Part shown: piece after piece, positions 1 through 10,429 of the stretch
Position numbering within the stretch: position 1 is the first letter of the stretch
Layout: each line of letters begins with the position of its first letter
From: an uncultured Spirochaetota bacterium
GTDB taxonomy: Bacteria; Spirochaetota; Spirochaetia; SZUA-6; Fen-1364
Direction: 5' to 3'
DNA: 64,000 bases
NCBI GenBank assembly: GCA_963745235.1
Contig: CAVUXE010000046.1
Span: forward strand, 1 to 64,000
Translations under genes and position numbers: made by a program
Notes under the pieces: model-generated
Database searches by the model: none
What the model was told of the DNA's origin: nothing
Seen by the model: only the letters and a program-made list of their open reading frames with translations

Positions 1-3000
1 GGTGAAGCTGCTCACACTCAGGTTGGCGCTGATGCTGGTGGAGCCCGAGCTGGCACTCAAGCTGCCCGTGCCCCCCACCGCCGCAAAGCTGTCTGTCCCG
101 CTGCCCCCGCTCAGGGTGCCGTTGATCGTCGTGGTCCCACCAACGCTGATGCCCAGGTTGTTCGTCGCATCCGTCAGAGTCGTTGAGCTATTGACCGTCA
201 AGGTCCCCGCCAGGTTCAACCCCGTTGTGGCCACCGTCACCGTCGGGGTGGTCCCCGTCATGATCGCCAGGTTGCCGATGGCCACCCCGGTGGCCACCGT
301 CCCCGTCCCCGTCATCTGCACCGTGCTGTCGGTGGCCGTCCCGCCGAAGGTCCCCGAGATGGCCACGTTGCCGCTGGCCGTTATGGTGTTCACCGCTGTG
401 TTGGTGATGGTGCCCGTGCTGGTGAAGGCCCCGCTGCTCACCGTCCCCGAGGTGTTCAGTGTCCCACCCGCCCCGACGCTGAAGGTCCCTGAGCTCACCG
501 TCACCCCCGCGGGTATCGTCAGCGTCCCCCCGCTCACCGTCGCGGTCCCCGTTACCGTCACCCCGATGGCCGTGATGACACCCCCGCTGACCGTCAGGTT
601 CGCGTAGGTGCTCACCGCGGCGATCATCGTCACTGTCCCCCCGGAGTACACGAAGCTGCCCCCCACGCTGGCGGGCATCCCGCTCACGGTGCCCGCTCCC
701 GTGTAGGTGAAGGTCCCCGAGTTGGACAGGCTCCCCGCCCCGAGGGTCAGGTTGGACCCTCCGTTGGACCAGCTGGCCGCTGCCTGTACGGTCAGTCCCT
801 TCAGCGTCAGAGCCGCGGTCTGCGTCGGCTGCGTCCCCCCGGAGGGTATGCTGGCCGTGTCGTACTGCCCCGGGGTCACCCCCGTTGACCAGTTGGACCC
901 CAGGTTCGCGTTCGCAGTTCCCGTGGTCAGCCAGGTGATTGCCCCAAAAGTCCAGTTGGTGTTGTTGCCCGTCGCGTCGATGGAATTGGTGGCCGCCACG
1001 CTGGCGGTGGTGGCCGGACTGTCGGAGACCTGCACGTAGGAGACCGAATTGCTGCCCGTATTGTTCAGGCTCCACGTGGTGCCCCCGATGCTTGACTTCA
1101 CCGTGATCAGGTTCCCGCTGGTCCCCGTCAGCGTCAGCGCGCCGCTTACCCCGAAGGTCTGTGTGGCGGTAAAGCTCAGCGTCGAGCCGGCGGTGGTATC
1201 GCTGAGGTTGTTGAAGTTCGTCGCCCCGCTGATTGCGTGCACCACCGCCCCCGTGAAGCTCACCGTGCTGGTCCCCTTGAGGAAACCCGCCGCCCCCACG
1301 CTGTTGGTCCAGTTGCCCCCCACGCTGTGGCTGAAGCTGCCCGCAGTCCAGCTGCCCCCGCTGATGAGCAGGGTGTTGGCGATGGTCCATGCACCCGTGG
1401 AGGTGACCGCTCCGTTGATCGTCAGGTTGTAGAAGCTGTAGGCCCCGTCGCTTCCCCCCGTCAGCGTCACCGTCCCCCCGTTGGGGGTGAAGCTGCTCAC
1501 ACTCAGGTTGGCGCTGATGCTGGTGGAGCCCGAGCTGGCACTCAAGCTGCCCGTGCCCCCCACCGCCGCAAAGCTGTCTGTCCCGCTGCCCCCGCTCAGG
1601 GTGCCGTTGATCGTCGTGGTCCCACCAACGCTGATGCCCAGGTTGTTCGTCGCATCCGTCAGAGTCGTTGAGCTATTGACCGTCAAGGTCCCCGCCAGGT
1701 TCAACCCCGTTGTGGCCACCGTCACCGTCGGGGTGGTCCCCGTCATGATCGCCAGGTTGCCGATGGCCACCCCGGTGGCCACCGTCCCCGTCCCCGTCAT
1801 CTGCACCGTGCTGTCGGTGGCCGTCCCGCCGAAGGTCCCCGAGATGGCCACGTTGCCGCTGGCCGTTATGGTGTTCACTGCCGTGTTGGTGATGGTGCCC
1901 GTGCTGGTAAAGGCCCCCAGCGTCAGGGCCCCCGAGGTATCCAAGGTTCCTAATGCTCCAACCGTGAATGGGTTGGCGGCGGCGTTCACCGTTCCACCGC
2001 TCTGAATCTGCAGCGTTCCCCCGCTCACCTGGTTGGTCGCCCCGTTCAGCGCAAGGGTCACGCCGTTGGGAACCGTCAGCGTCCCCCCGCTCACCGTCGC
2101 GGTCCCCGTTACCGTCACCCCGATGGCCGTGATGACACCCCCGCTGACCGTCAGGTTCGCGTAGGTGCTCACCGCGGCGATCATCGTCACTGTCCCCCCG
2201 GAGTACACGAAGCTGCCCCCCACGCTGGCGGGCATCCCGCTCACGGTGCCCGCTCCCGTGTAGGTGAAGGTCCCCGAGTTGGACAGGCTGCCCGCCCCGA
2301 GGGTCAGGTTGGACCCTCCGTTGGACCAGCTGGCCGCTGCCTGTACGGTCAGTCCCTTCAGCGTCAGAGCCGCGGTCTGCGTCGGCTGCGTCCCCCCGGA
2401 GGGTATGCTGGCCGTGTCGTACTGCCCCGGGGTCACCCCCGTTGACCAGTTGGACCCCAGGTTCGCGTTCGCAGTTCCCGTGGTCAGCCAGGTGATTGCC
2501 CCAAAAGTCCAGTTGGTGTTGTTGCCCGTCGCGTCGATGGAATTGGTGGCCGCCACGCTGGCGGTGGTGGCCGGACTGTCGGAGACCTGCACGTAGGAGA
2601 CCGAATTGCTGCCCGTATTGTTCAGGCTCCACGTGGTGCCCCCGATGCTTGACTTCACCGTGATCAGGTTCCCGCTGGCCCCCGTCAGCGTCAGCGCGCC
2701 GCTTACCCCGAAGGTCTGTGTGGCGGTAAAGCTCAGCGTCGAGCCGGCGGTGGTATCGCTGAGGTTGTTGAAGTTCGTCGCCCCGCTGATTGCGTGCACC
2801 ACCGCCCCCGTGAAGCTCACCGTGCTGGTCCCCTTGAGGAAACCCGCCGCCCCCACGCTGTTGGTCCAGTTGCCCCCCACGCTGTGGCTGAAGCTGCCCG
2901 CAGTCCAGCTGCCCCCGCTGATGAGCAGGGTGTTGGCGATGGTCCATGCACCCGTGGAGGTGACCGCTCCGTTGATCGTCAGGTTGTAGAAGCTGTAGGC

Positions 3001-4665
3001 CCCGTCGCTTCCCCCCGTCAGCGTCACCGTTCCCCCGTTGGGGGTGAAGCTGCTCACACTCAGGTTGGCGCTGATGCTGGTGGAGCCAGAGCTGGCACTC
3101 AAGCTGCCCGTGCCCCCCACCGCCGCAAAGCTGTCTGTCCCGCTGCCCCCGCTCAGGGTGCCGTTGATCGTCGTGGTCCCACCAACGCTGATGCCCAGGT
3201 TGTTCGTCGCATCCGTCAGAGTCGTTGAGCTATTGACGGTCAAGGTCCCCGCCAGGTTCAACCCCGTTGTGGCCACCGTCACCGTCGGGGTGGTCCCCGT
3301 CATGATCGCCAGGTTGCCGATGGCCACCCCGGTGGCCACCGTCCCCGTCCCCGTCATCTGCACCGTGCTGTCGGTGGCCGTCCCGCCGAAGGTCCCCGAG
3401 ATGGCCACGTTGCCGCTGGCCGTTATGGTGTTCACTGCCGTGTTGGTGATGGTGCCCGTGCTGGTGAAGGCCCCGCTGCTCACCGTCCCCGAGGTGTTCA
3501 GTGTCCCACCCGCCCCGACGCTGAAGGTCCCTGAGCTCACCGTCACCCCCGCGGGTATCGTCAGCGTGCCCCCGCTCACCGTCGCGGTCCCCGTTACCGT
3601 CACCCCGATGGCCGTGATGACACCCCCGCTGACCGTCAGGTTCGCGTAGGTGCTCACCGCGGCGATCATCGTCACTGTCCCCCCGGAGTACACGAAGCTG
3701 CCCCCCACGCTGGCGGGCATCCCGCTCACGGTGCCCGCTCCCGTGTAGGTGAAGGTCCCCGAGTTGGACAGGCTGCCCGCCCCGAGGGTCAGGTTGGACC
3801 CTCCGTTGGACCAGCTGGCCGCTGCCTGTACGGTCAGTCCCTTCAGCGTCAGAGCCGCGGTCTGCGTCGGCTGCGTCCCCCCGGAGGGTATGCTGGCCGT
3901 GTCGTACTGCCCCGGGGTCACCCCCGTTGACCAGTTGGACCCCAGGTTCGCGTTCGCAGTTCCCGTGGTCAGCCAGGTGATTGCCCCAAAAGTCCAGTTG
4001 GTGTTGTTGCCCGTCGCGTCGATGGAATTGGTGGCCGCCACGCTGGCGGTGGTGGCCGGACTGTCGGAGACCTGCACGTAGGAGACCGAATTGCTGCCCG
4101 TATTGTTCAGGCTCCACGTGGTGCCCCCGATGCTTGACTTCACCGTGATCAGGTTCCCGCTGGTCCCCGTCAGCGTCAGCGCGCCGCTTACCCCGAAGGT
4201 CTGTGTGGCGGTAAAGCTCAGCGTCGAGCCGGCGGTGGTATCGCTGAGGTTGTTGAAGTTCGTCGCCCCGCTGATTGCGTGCACCACCGCCCCCGTGAAG
4301 CTCACCGTGCTGGTCCCCTTGAGGAAACCCGCCGCCCCCACGCTGTTGGTCCAGTTGCCCCCCACGCTGTGGCTGAAGCTGCCCGCAGTCCAGCTGCCCC
4401 CGCTGATGAGCAGGGTGTTGGCGATGGTCCATGCACCCGTGGAGGTGACCGCTCCGTTGATCGTCAGGTTGTAGAAGCTGTAGGCCCCGTCGCTTCCCCC
4501 CGTCAGCGTCACCGTTCCCCCGTTTGGGGTGAAGCTGCTCACACTCAGGTTGGCGCTGATGCTGGTGGAGCCAGAGCTGGCACTCAAGCTGCCCGTGCCC
4601 CCCACCGCCGCAAAGCTGTCTGTCCCGCTGCCCCCGCTCAGGGTGCCGTTGATCGTCGTGGTCCC
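1..4665. repeat. Near-identical intragenic tandem repeat: units of 1485/1557/1485 bp plus a partial unit (495/519/495 aa)
   Basis: GGTGAAGCTGCTCACACTCAGG recurs at 1, 1486, 3043 and 4528. Near-identical antisense ORFs recur at the same spacings. Confidence 0.97.
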
Positions 4666-7600
4666 CCCAACTGTGAGCCCGAAAGTCAGCGCACTCAATG
4701 TGTCGTTGCTGCTCATCGAGAGGGTACCGGTGACCGCCAGGGCCGCACCGAGCTGGTAGATCATGGCTCCCCCGGCGCTGGTGAACGACAGGTTGGTGTA
4801 GCTGTTGCCAGCCTTCAACCCGGTGATGGTCCCTCCCCCGTTGCCGTAGTACACAACTGTCCCACCGAGTGCTCCGGCGGGCAGGCTTACCGCGGCCTCG
4901 GTCCCTTTGAGCTTCAGAGTGCCGCTGTTGGTGAAGGTGGTGCTCACCGTCACGTTGTTTCCAGCCAGGTCCAGCGTGTCGTTGGAGCTTATCGCGAGGG
5001 TGCCGCTGACCGTCAGAGCCGCGGCAAGCTGGTAGATCATGGCTCCTCCGGCGCTGGTGAACGACAGGTTGGTGTAGCTGTTGCCAGCCTTCAACCCGGT
5101 GATGGTTCCCCCCCCGTTGCCGTAGTACACAACTGTCCCGCCGAGTGTTCCGGCGGGCAGGCTTACCGGGGTCTCGGTCCCCTTGAGCTTCAGAGTGCCG
5201 TTGTTGGTGAAGGTCGTATTCACGGTCAGGTTGTTGCCGTTGAGGTCGAGAATCGCGCCGCCCGCTATCGTGAGCGTAAACCCCGAGGCGACTGTTATGC
5301 TTTGCGCAAGCTGCAGTATGGCGCCGCCGGAGACGGAATCCGCCAGGTTGGAAAATGTCGTTGAGGTCGACCCGGATATCGTCTTTGTCCCTGAAGACGC
5401 GTTGAACGTGACGGTTCCCGTTCCCGCGGAGTAGCTCCCATTGTTGACCCACGCGCCTGCGAGCGCCAGGGACTGGGAACTGGCGTTCAAAGTAGCTCCC
5501 GAGTTTATGGTCAAGCCGCCGGACAGATTGGCTGCGTCCCCCAGCGTAACAGAACCGGTGCCGCCAACCACCAGGCTAGGCAGCGTCTGGCCCGAGCTGT
5601 GCAGCGTCACCGCTCCAGAAGGGCTCATGGTCACAGTCCCCGAATCCGAGAACCCGGTCGATCCCGTAAGGTTGAGGTTGCCGCCGACGTTGATCGCGTT
5701 TGCACCTCCGGTCAGCGTGCCTGCGGAAACAATGATGTCCCCCGAAACGTTGAGTGCGCCGTTCGGGCTGAAGGTGCCCCCCGAGCCGCTGATCGTAAGA
5801 TTGTTATAAGTAATGGCACTGCTCTGGACCGTATATGCGCCGGTTCCCACCATGTTCACGGTTCCACTACCGGTGACGGCTGTGACGTTGGTGAGCGCCT
5901 CGCCGCCGTTCATGATGAGCGTCCCCTGGACGGAGATCGTTCCCGAGCTGGCCAACGTGACATTGAAACCGCTCATGGTGAGCGTGGCGTTCGAAGCGAT
6001 GGACAAGCCCAGGACGCTTACGTTTGCGCTGAGGGTCGGCTGAAAACTGGCGGGGACGATCACCGCGGCCACCGCGGCGGATGGCACCCCATTGCTCCAA
6101 TTTCCCGCCGTGGCCCAAGCCGTTGTGCCGGCGCCGGCGTTCCACGTTGTGGACGTTGGGACTGACCAGCCAGGCGCGCTCGTCAGCACCGAATTGTTCG
6201 CTATGGCCGTGCCGGGGCTCTCGGTGGAAAAGTTCAGGCTGGCGTAGCTTACATTGACGTTCGCTATCGGGCAGCTCAGCGTCCAGTTTGGAGCGGCTCC
6301 ACTGACCGTCGTTATTACGACGTTGTTGGCGGTCCCGGTCGCAGAATAGCCACCCGTGATCGTGAAGTACGTAGCGGTCTGAGTGACCCCACCTGAAAAG
6401 TTCAGCGTCTTGGTCGGCGTGGTGCAGGATAACAGGTAAAAAGTGTTGGCGCCCGTTATCGTAGACGTCCCTGTCCCGGCAAGGTTCACGGTCGACGTGG
6501 AAGCCGTGAACGCTCCACCTGTATTGGACCAATTCCCGTAAAGGTTGATCGTATTCGAGCCAGCGTTGAGCGTCCCGCTTGCGAGCGTAAGATTTCCATT
6601 TACGGTAATGCTTGCGTTCAGATTGTAAGTGCCAGTACCCTGGAAGGTCAGATTGTAGTAGCTCGTGCCCATTGCGAGTCCAGTGTAGGGCCCTGCAGAG
6701 CCCGCATAGACGACCGTGCCGAGCGAGGTCGAGCTGCCAAGCGACACGTTTTCGTTGCCGTTGAGGGTGAAGGTGCCGGAATTGGAAAAGCCCCCGCTTA
6801 CCGCAAGGTTCGTCGTCCCATCGCCGTTGAGCGTCATGGAGGCGGTCGCATCGATGACGAGGGAAGCGACGCTGACCGTCTGCGCCGTCGTCAGTATCGG
6901 GTATGTCGAAGCTCCGGCTGGAATGTGTATCGCGGTAGAGCTGCCGTTGGGCGGAGCTAATCCGCCAACCCAGTTGGCTGCCGTTGTCCAACCGGTGCCG
7001 CTTCCGCCTTGCCAGGTGTATGTGACCGGCTGGATCGTGATGACTTTGCTGTCGACGACGTTCCAGGTAGCCCCGCCGTCGTAGGAAAGCAGAAGGCTGA
7101 ACGAGCCCGGAGAGTTGGTCGCGGTCAAGGCCAGACCCGAAATGGTGAGTATGTCAGTGCCCGTGAAGTTGGTCGTAACAGGGACCGTTACGATGAGATC
7201 ATTACCAGCCCCACCGGAGTACGTCACTGTTGTCCCGACCCGCCCCGTGGTGGGCTGGACGAATGTCGGCGTGGTTATGGTCGTATTGAAGTGGGCAATC
7301 GGAGTGGTCGTAGGAAGGCTTATCTTGATACCATTCGCGGTCGTGATGGTGCCCGTGCCGCCATTGTTGCTCACGGTTATCGTGGAGAGTGTCGCTGCGT
7401 TGCCTGTGACGAAAGTGAGGTCGTTGTTGCTCGACAGTAACGGCGGTGGGTTGGTGACAAAGGTGGCGGTTGCGCTTCCGTCGACCCCTGGGAGATTGAT
7501 CGTACCAAGGGTTCCGTTGGAGAGCAAACTGATGGTCACACTTTGCGCGGTAGCGTCGTTCACCGTGAAGCTGACCCCACCGGTCGTGTTGGTGGTGATC

Positions 7601-8817
7601 GTCTGGGGCGACGCGAGCCCGTTGATCGTCGCGGCGCCCGTCGTCGAAACCTGTACGCTGGCGATATAGGAAATTGGATTGCCGCTCGAATCGACGAGCT
7701 GCACGTTGTAGGTCAGGGGGGTGCCTGTTACGCCGGTCGAGCTTGCCGGGCTCAGCGCAAAATGATCGGGCTTGGGCCCTGAGTAGGGAGTCGAATATAT
7801 CGGGAGAAGGGAGCCGCCGATGGAGAAGTAGAGCTCTGCTGCGCCCGAAGCGCGCGTCCCCCCCAGGTTGCCGGTCGTCGAGAACTGGAGATGCCACGTC
7901 GCGTTGGTCTGCGCGGCGGAAACCGCGTAGGTATTCGTCGCGTTGCTGCTTCCCATGGGGAAGGTACCTGTACCTTGGGAAACACCCAGGTTGTCGTTCC
8001 ATAAATTGATCGTAATATTGCCCGTAAGCGCGTAATTAAAGGCATTGGTCGTGGCAGTCATCGGGGTTCCCGCCCCGAGAGGCACGAAGGGGTAGAAGTT
8101 CCACGTCTCGGCTGTTACCCCATCTCCCGTGGCGGCGAGCTGGGCGAGCTCGACGTCATAACTGAAGGCGTTGCCGCTGGAAAGCCCCGTCGGTGTGCCG
8201 CTGTTCGTGAACGAGACATCGAACTGATAACAGTGCTTGAACTCTGTGCCGTTTGAATAGTTGGGCGACACCGCGGTGAGACGGAAATAGTACTTGTTGC
8301 CGATGTGCTCGCCCTGGGATGGGGAGACGCCGTTGAAGTAGACCCAGGCGCCGACTCTGAAAGCTCCCGTGTAGCTGCTGCCGGTGATCGAATCGAGGAC
8401 CGTCCCGCCGCTGTTCGCCGCGTTGCCGACTAAGTGTTGTCCGGCGACGGACGAATAGGCTCCCGTGCCGCCGATGAGTGCGTAGTTGACCCATGGTGGT
8501 CCGGCGACGGCCGGAAGGTCGGGTTCGCTATTGGCCAAGGTACCGTCTACGTCGACATCGGGGTTCCTGACCGCGAAGAAGAGGATCTGGGTGGTGGTGT
8601 CGGGAATCGCGAAGAAGACGACATTGGCGCCCGTGTAATCGCCGACGAGGGTATTGGCGCCCGTATAGAGCCAGTTCTGGGTCATTGCCGTCCCTTCGAC
8701 GTACTGGGGGCCCTGAGGAGGGAAGCGTGTAGGAGCAAACTGTGCGAATGCCATGCCTGCCGCACAGAGGATGAGCGCGACGACAGCCGCGGTTCTCTTC
8801 AAGCGCTTCCCGGTCAT
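1..8817 (-). CDS. Giant secreted/surface beta-strand-repeat (beta-helical adhesin-like) protein, 5' part (>2939 aa), runs off the left edge
   Basis: Hand translation from ATG 8817: MTGKRLKRTAAVVALILCAAGMAFA|QFAPT (Sec signal peptide). The frame was spot-checked open and consistent at ~8000, ~7000 and position 1 (...NLSVSSFT). The protein is G/T/S/N/V-rich with 'TWQGGSGTGWTTAANW' and 'TWNAGAGTTAWATAGNW' motifs. It is missing from the ORF track because no stop lies in the window. Confidence 0.9.
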   Translation of the reverse strand, partial: MTGKRLKRTAAVVALILCAAGMAFAQFAPTRFPPQGPQYVEGTAMTQNWLYTGANTLVGDYTGANVVFFAIPDTTTQILFFAVRNPDVDVDGTLANSEPDLPAVAGPPWVNYALIGGTGAYSSVAGQHLVGNAANSGGTVLDSITGSSYTGAFRVGAWVYFNGVSPSQGEHIGNKYYFRLTAVSPNYSNGTEFKHCYQFDVSFTNSGTPTGLSSGNAFSYDVELAQLAATGDGVTAETWNFYPFVPLGAGTPMTATTNAFNYALTGNITINLWNDNLGVSQGTGTFPMGSSNATNTYAVSAAQTNATWHLQFSTTGNLGGTRASGAAELYFSIGGSLLPIYSTPYSGPKPDHFALSPASSTGVTGTPLTYNVQLVDSSGNPISYIASVQVSTTGAATINGLASPQTITTNTTGGVSFTVNDATAQSVTISLLSNGTLGTINLPGVDGSATATFVTNPPPLLSSNNDLTFVTGNAATLSTITVSNNGGTGTITTANGIKISLPTTTPIAHFNTTITTPTFVQPTTGRVGTTVTYSGGAGNDLIVTVPVTTNFTGTDILTISGLALTATNSPGSFSLLLSYDGGATWNVVDSKVITIQPVTYTWQGGSGTGWTTAANWVGGLAPPNGSSTAIHIPAGASTYPILTTAQTVSVASLVIDATASMTLNGDGTTNLAVSGGFSNSGTFTLNGNENVSLGSSTSLGTVVYAGSAGPYTGLAMGTSYYNLTFQGTGTYNLNASITVNGNLTLASGTLNAGSNTINLYGNWSNTGGAFTASTSTVNLAGTGTSTITGANTFYLLSCTTPTKTLNFSGGVTQTATYFTITGGYSATGTANNVVITTVSGAAPNWTLSCPIANVNVSYASLNFSTESPGTAIANNSVLTSAPGWSVPTSTTWNAGAGTTAWATAGNWSNGVPSAAVAAVIVPASFQPTLSANVSVLGLSIASNATLTMSGFNVTLASSGTISVQGTLIMNGGEALTNVTAVTGSGTVNMVGTGAYTVQSSAITYNNLTISGSGGTFSPNGALNVSGDIIVSAGTLTGGANAINVGGNLNLTGSTGFSDSGTVTMSPSGAVTLHSSGQTLPSLVVGGTGSVTLGDAANLSGGLTINSGATLNASSQSLALAGAWVNNGSYSAGTGTVTFNASSGTKTISGSTSTTFSNLADSVSGGAILQLAQSITVASGFTLTIAGGAILDLNGNNLTVNTTFTNNGTLKLKGTETPVSLPAGTLGGTVVYYGNGGGTITGLKAGNSYTNLSFTSAGGAMIYQLAAALTVSGTLAISSNDTLDLAGNNVTVSTTFTNSGTLKLKGTEAAVSLPAGALGGTVVYYGNGGGTITGLKAGNSYTNLSFTSAGGAMIYQLGAALAVTGTLSMSSNDTLSALTFGLTVGGTTTINGTLSGGSGTDSFAAVGGTGSLSASSGSTSISANLSVSSFTPNGGTVTLTGGSDGAYSFYNLTINGAVTSTGAWTIANTLLISGGSWTAGSFSHSVGGNWTNSVGAAGFLKGTSTVSFTGAVVHAISGATNFNNLSDTTAGSTLSFTATQTFGVSGALTLTGTSGNLITVKSSIGGTTWSLNNTGSNSVSYVQVSDSPATTASVAATNSIDATGNNTNWTFGAITWLTTGTANANLGSNWSTGVTPGQYDTASIPSGGTQPTQTAALTLKGLTVQAAASWSNGGSNLTLGAGSLSNSGTFTYTGAGTVSGMPASVGGSFVYSGGTVTMIAAVSTYANLTVSGGVITAIGVTVTGTATVSGGTLTIPAGVTVSSGTFSVGAGGTLNTSGTVSSGAFTSTGTITNTAVNTITASGNVAISGTFGGTATDSTVQMTGTGTVATGVAIGNLAIMTGTTPTVTVATTGLNLAGTLTVNSSTTLTDATNNLGISVGGTTTINGTLSGGSGTDSFAAVGGTGSLSASSGSTSISANLSVSSFTPNGGTVTLTGGSDGAYSFYNLTINGAVTSTGAWTIANTLLISGGSWTAGSFSHSVGGNWTNSVGAAGFLKGTSTVSFTGAVVHAISGATNFNNLSDTTAGSTLSFTATQTFGVSGALTLTGASGNLITVKSSIGGTTWSLNNTGSNSVSYVQVSDSPATTASVAATNSIDATGNNTNWTFGAITWLTTGTANANLGSNWSTGVTPGQYDTASIPSGGTQPTQTAALTLKGLTVQAAASWSNGGSNLTLGAGSLSNSGTFTYTGAGTVSGMPASVGGSFVYSGGTVTMIAAVSTYANLTVSGGVITAIGVTVTGTATVSGGTLTVPNGVTLALNGATNQVSGGTLQIQSGGTVNAAANPFTVGALGTLDTSGALTLGAFTSTGTITNTAVNTITASGNVAISGTFGGTATDSTVQMTGTGTVATGVAIGNLAIMTGTTPTVTVATTGLNLAGTLTVNSSTTLTDATNNLGISVGGTTTINGTLSGGSGTDSFAAVGGTGSLSASSGSTSISANLSVSSFTPNGGTVTLTGGSDGAYSFYNLTINGAVTSTGAWTIANTLLISGGSWTAGSFSHSVGGNWTNSVGAAGFLKGTSTVSFTGAVVHAISGATNFNNLSDTTAGSTLSFTATQTFGVSGALTLTGTSGNLITVKSSIGGTTWSLNNTGSNSVSYVQVSDSPATTASVAATNSIDATGNNTNWTFGAITWLTTGTANANLGSNWSTGVTPGQYDTASIPSGGTQPTQTAALTLKGLTVQAAASWSNGGSNLTLGAGSLSNSGTFTYTGAGTVSGMPASVGGSFVYSGGTVTMIAAVSTYANLTVSGGVITAIGVTVTGTATVSGGTLTIPAGVTVSSGTFSVGAGGTLNTSGTVSSGAFTSTGTITNTAVNTITASGNVAISGTFGGTATDSTVQMTGTGTVATGVAIGNLAIMTGTTPTVTVATTGLNLAGTLTVNSSTTLTDATNNLGISVGGTTTINGTLSGGSGTDSFAAVGGTGSLSASSGSTSISANLSVSSFT
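4751..5230. repeat. Two-copy ~276-bp (92 aa) intragenic duplication
   Basis: AGCTGGTAGATCATGGCTCC...GTAGTACACAACTGTCCC occurs at 4751 and 5027. Confidence 0.85.
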
Positions 8818-9127
8818 GACGAGTCCGTACTCAAACGCCCTCCGACGCGGTTCCTATTCAAATGAGATCGAAGCGGCCGTCCCGGCCACCGGCTATTTAT
8901 GGGTCACCATTGAATCCCGTCTGCAGATTCAAAATCGCATCTCATCAATGAAGATTATATCCTTCCCTGATAAATACTTCCAAGGTCGGCACCTCGTATG
9001 CGGCGTTGGCAAAAACTCCATGTGACGCGAGGAGCCCGGCCTTCCGTGCCCAGGCGGCGGGCCTGCTCGTTGAGAGGTCCCGAAAACTCCGATATTCATT
9101 CAGACCACCTCCGTCATCTGCCCGGGC

Positions 9128-9660
9128 ATGATGCCATGCCCAGCGCTAAATGAAGGAAAGATACCTACGATGGAGAGAAGTCGGCGAGCGCGGCGCGATG
9201 GGGACTACGGAAGCTCCGTTGCTGGAAAGGACGGCACTTTCGGGGAGCCGAGCCTGCAGCTGGACGCCATGGCGAGGATCGCGGGCCGGTACCCGAGGAT
9301 ACGGTTCGTCATCGAGCACCTCTTCTACCCCGGCCTGGATCACTTCGACGATGTTCAATCCGGCCTTGGCAAGCTTGCGCCGTTTGGGAACGTTTCCTTC
9401 ACATTGGCCTCTGTTCCCAACAGCCTCATGCCTGAGGCGTATCCGTTTCCTTCAACCAGCCGCTACGCGGGCGTTGCGAGGGATGTCGTGGGGGTGGCGC
9501 GCATATGAACGCGACGTACCGCCAGCTCATCGACTCCATTGCGGAAAACGGCTTGTTTTCGGCGGACGAGCTCCGCCGCATCTACGCGGAAAATGCCGCC
9601 CGCGTGTACGGCCTCCCGGCCGACCCCTACTCGTTCAAGCCTGCGAGCGCGCCAACATAA
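9128..9660 (+). pseudogene. Amidohydrolase_2 family remnant (C-terminal half, frameshifted)
   Basis: 'ARIAGRYPRIRFVIEHL...YPFP...DVVGVARI*' continues in another frame from 9505 as 'MNATYRQLIDSIAENGLFSADELRRIYAENAARVYGL'. The usual 'MWGSDYP' segment and the N-terminal metal-binding half are missing. Confidence 0.7.
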
Positions 9661-10313
9661 CCCTTGAACGCGATGCGACGAAACCACGTTGCGACCTGGA
9701 ACGCCGAATGTTTCTTGCCGCCCTCCAGCCAGAGCTGAACGACCCCCAGGATGGCGCTCGCAAAGAAGCATTGCGCAACCTCAACCGGAACGGCGGCGGA
9801 ACCCCTGCCCTGGTGCTTACCATAGATTCTCTCGCTGAGAAACCTTTTCAGATGCTCTTTCATCCTGGACTGGAACCAGACGCATCCTTTTCCGCCGAGC
9901 ATTGCCCTGTACATGCGCGCGTTTGACTCGAAATGTTCGAACAGGCTTACCCATGCAGCCTGATTCCGTTCGTTGTCCAGGCCGCGCGCCAGATCGCCGC
10001 TCTCGTTGATGATGAGGGGTGGCCCCATTTCGTCAGCCATCTTCTGAAGAGCGCCCTTGAATATCTCTTCGACCACACGGTGCTTGTCTCGATAGTATCG
10101 GTAGAAGGTTGCGCGGTTGATCATCGCCTGAGCGGAGATATCCTGCACGGAGACATGGTCGAAGCCTCGTCGCTCAATCAGCTCAATCAAGGCGTTCTGT
10201 ATGAAAATCCTGGTTCGCTGGGAGCGCAGATCGATCTTTTTCTGCATCAGTGGATGTTTTCCGTTGCGTTCTGCGACATTCCTGCGGGCTTGTTTCTTGA
10301 CTAAATTGTTCAT
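9627..10313 (-). CDS. TetR/AcrR family transcriptional regulator
   Basis: N-terminal HTH 'DLRSQRTRIFIQNALIELIERRGFDHVSVQDISAQAMINRATFYRYYRDK'; C-terminal 'FFASAILGVVQLWL' typical of TetR_C-type domains. Confidence 0.92.
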   Translation of the reverse strand: MNNLVKKQARRNVAERNGKHPLMQKKIDLRSQRTRIFIQNALIELIERRGFDHVSVQDISAQAMINRATFYRYYRDKHRVVEEIFKGALQKMADEMGPPLIINESGDLARGLDNERNQAAWVSLFEHFESNARMYRAMLGGKGCVWFQSRMKEHLKRFLSERIYGKHQGRGSAAVPVEVAQCFFASAILGVVQLWLEGGKKHSAFQVATWFRRIAFKGYVGALAGLNE

Positions 10314-10429
10314 GCCCTTAGATTAACAACAGCCTGGTGCAAGAGCAAACGCTTCGATCGACTCATCCTGCCTGACCTTTTTCACCTCCTGCAGCAGGAT
10401 TGCTCGTTCGTATCGAAAAGGAGACAGGA

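Noticed and set aside
2-7669. Many V/P/L-rich plus-strand ORFs and R/G/H-rich minus-strand ORFs (e.g. 3230-5452, 740 aa)
   Set aside because: They are antisense and off-frame shadows of the giant minus-strand gene, caused by GC-biased codon usage.
8820-9127. Possible riboswitch (e.g. c-di-GMP) upstream of the giant genes, also at 21650-21920
   Set aside because: No convincing consensus by eye; a cmscan against Rfam would be needed.
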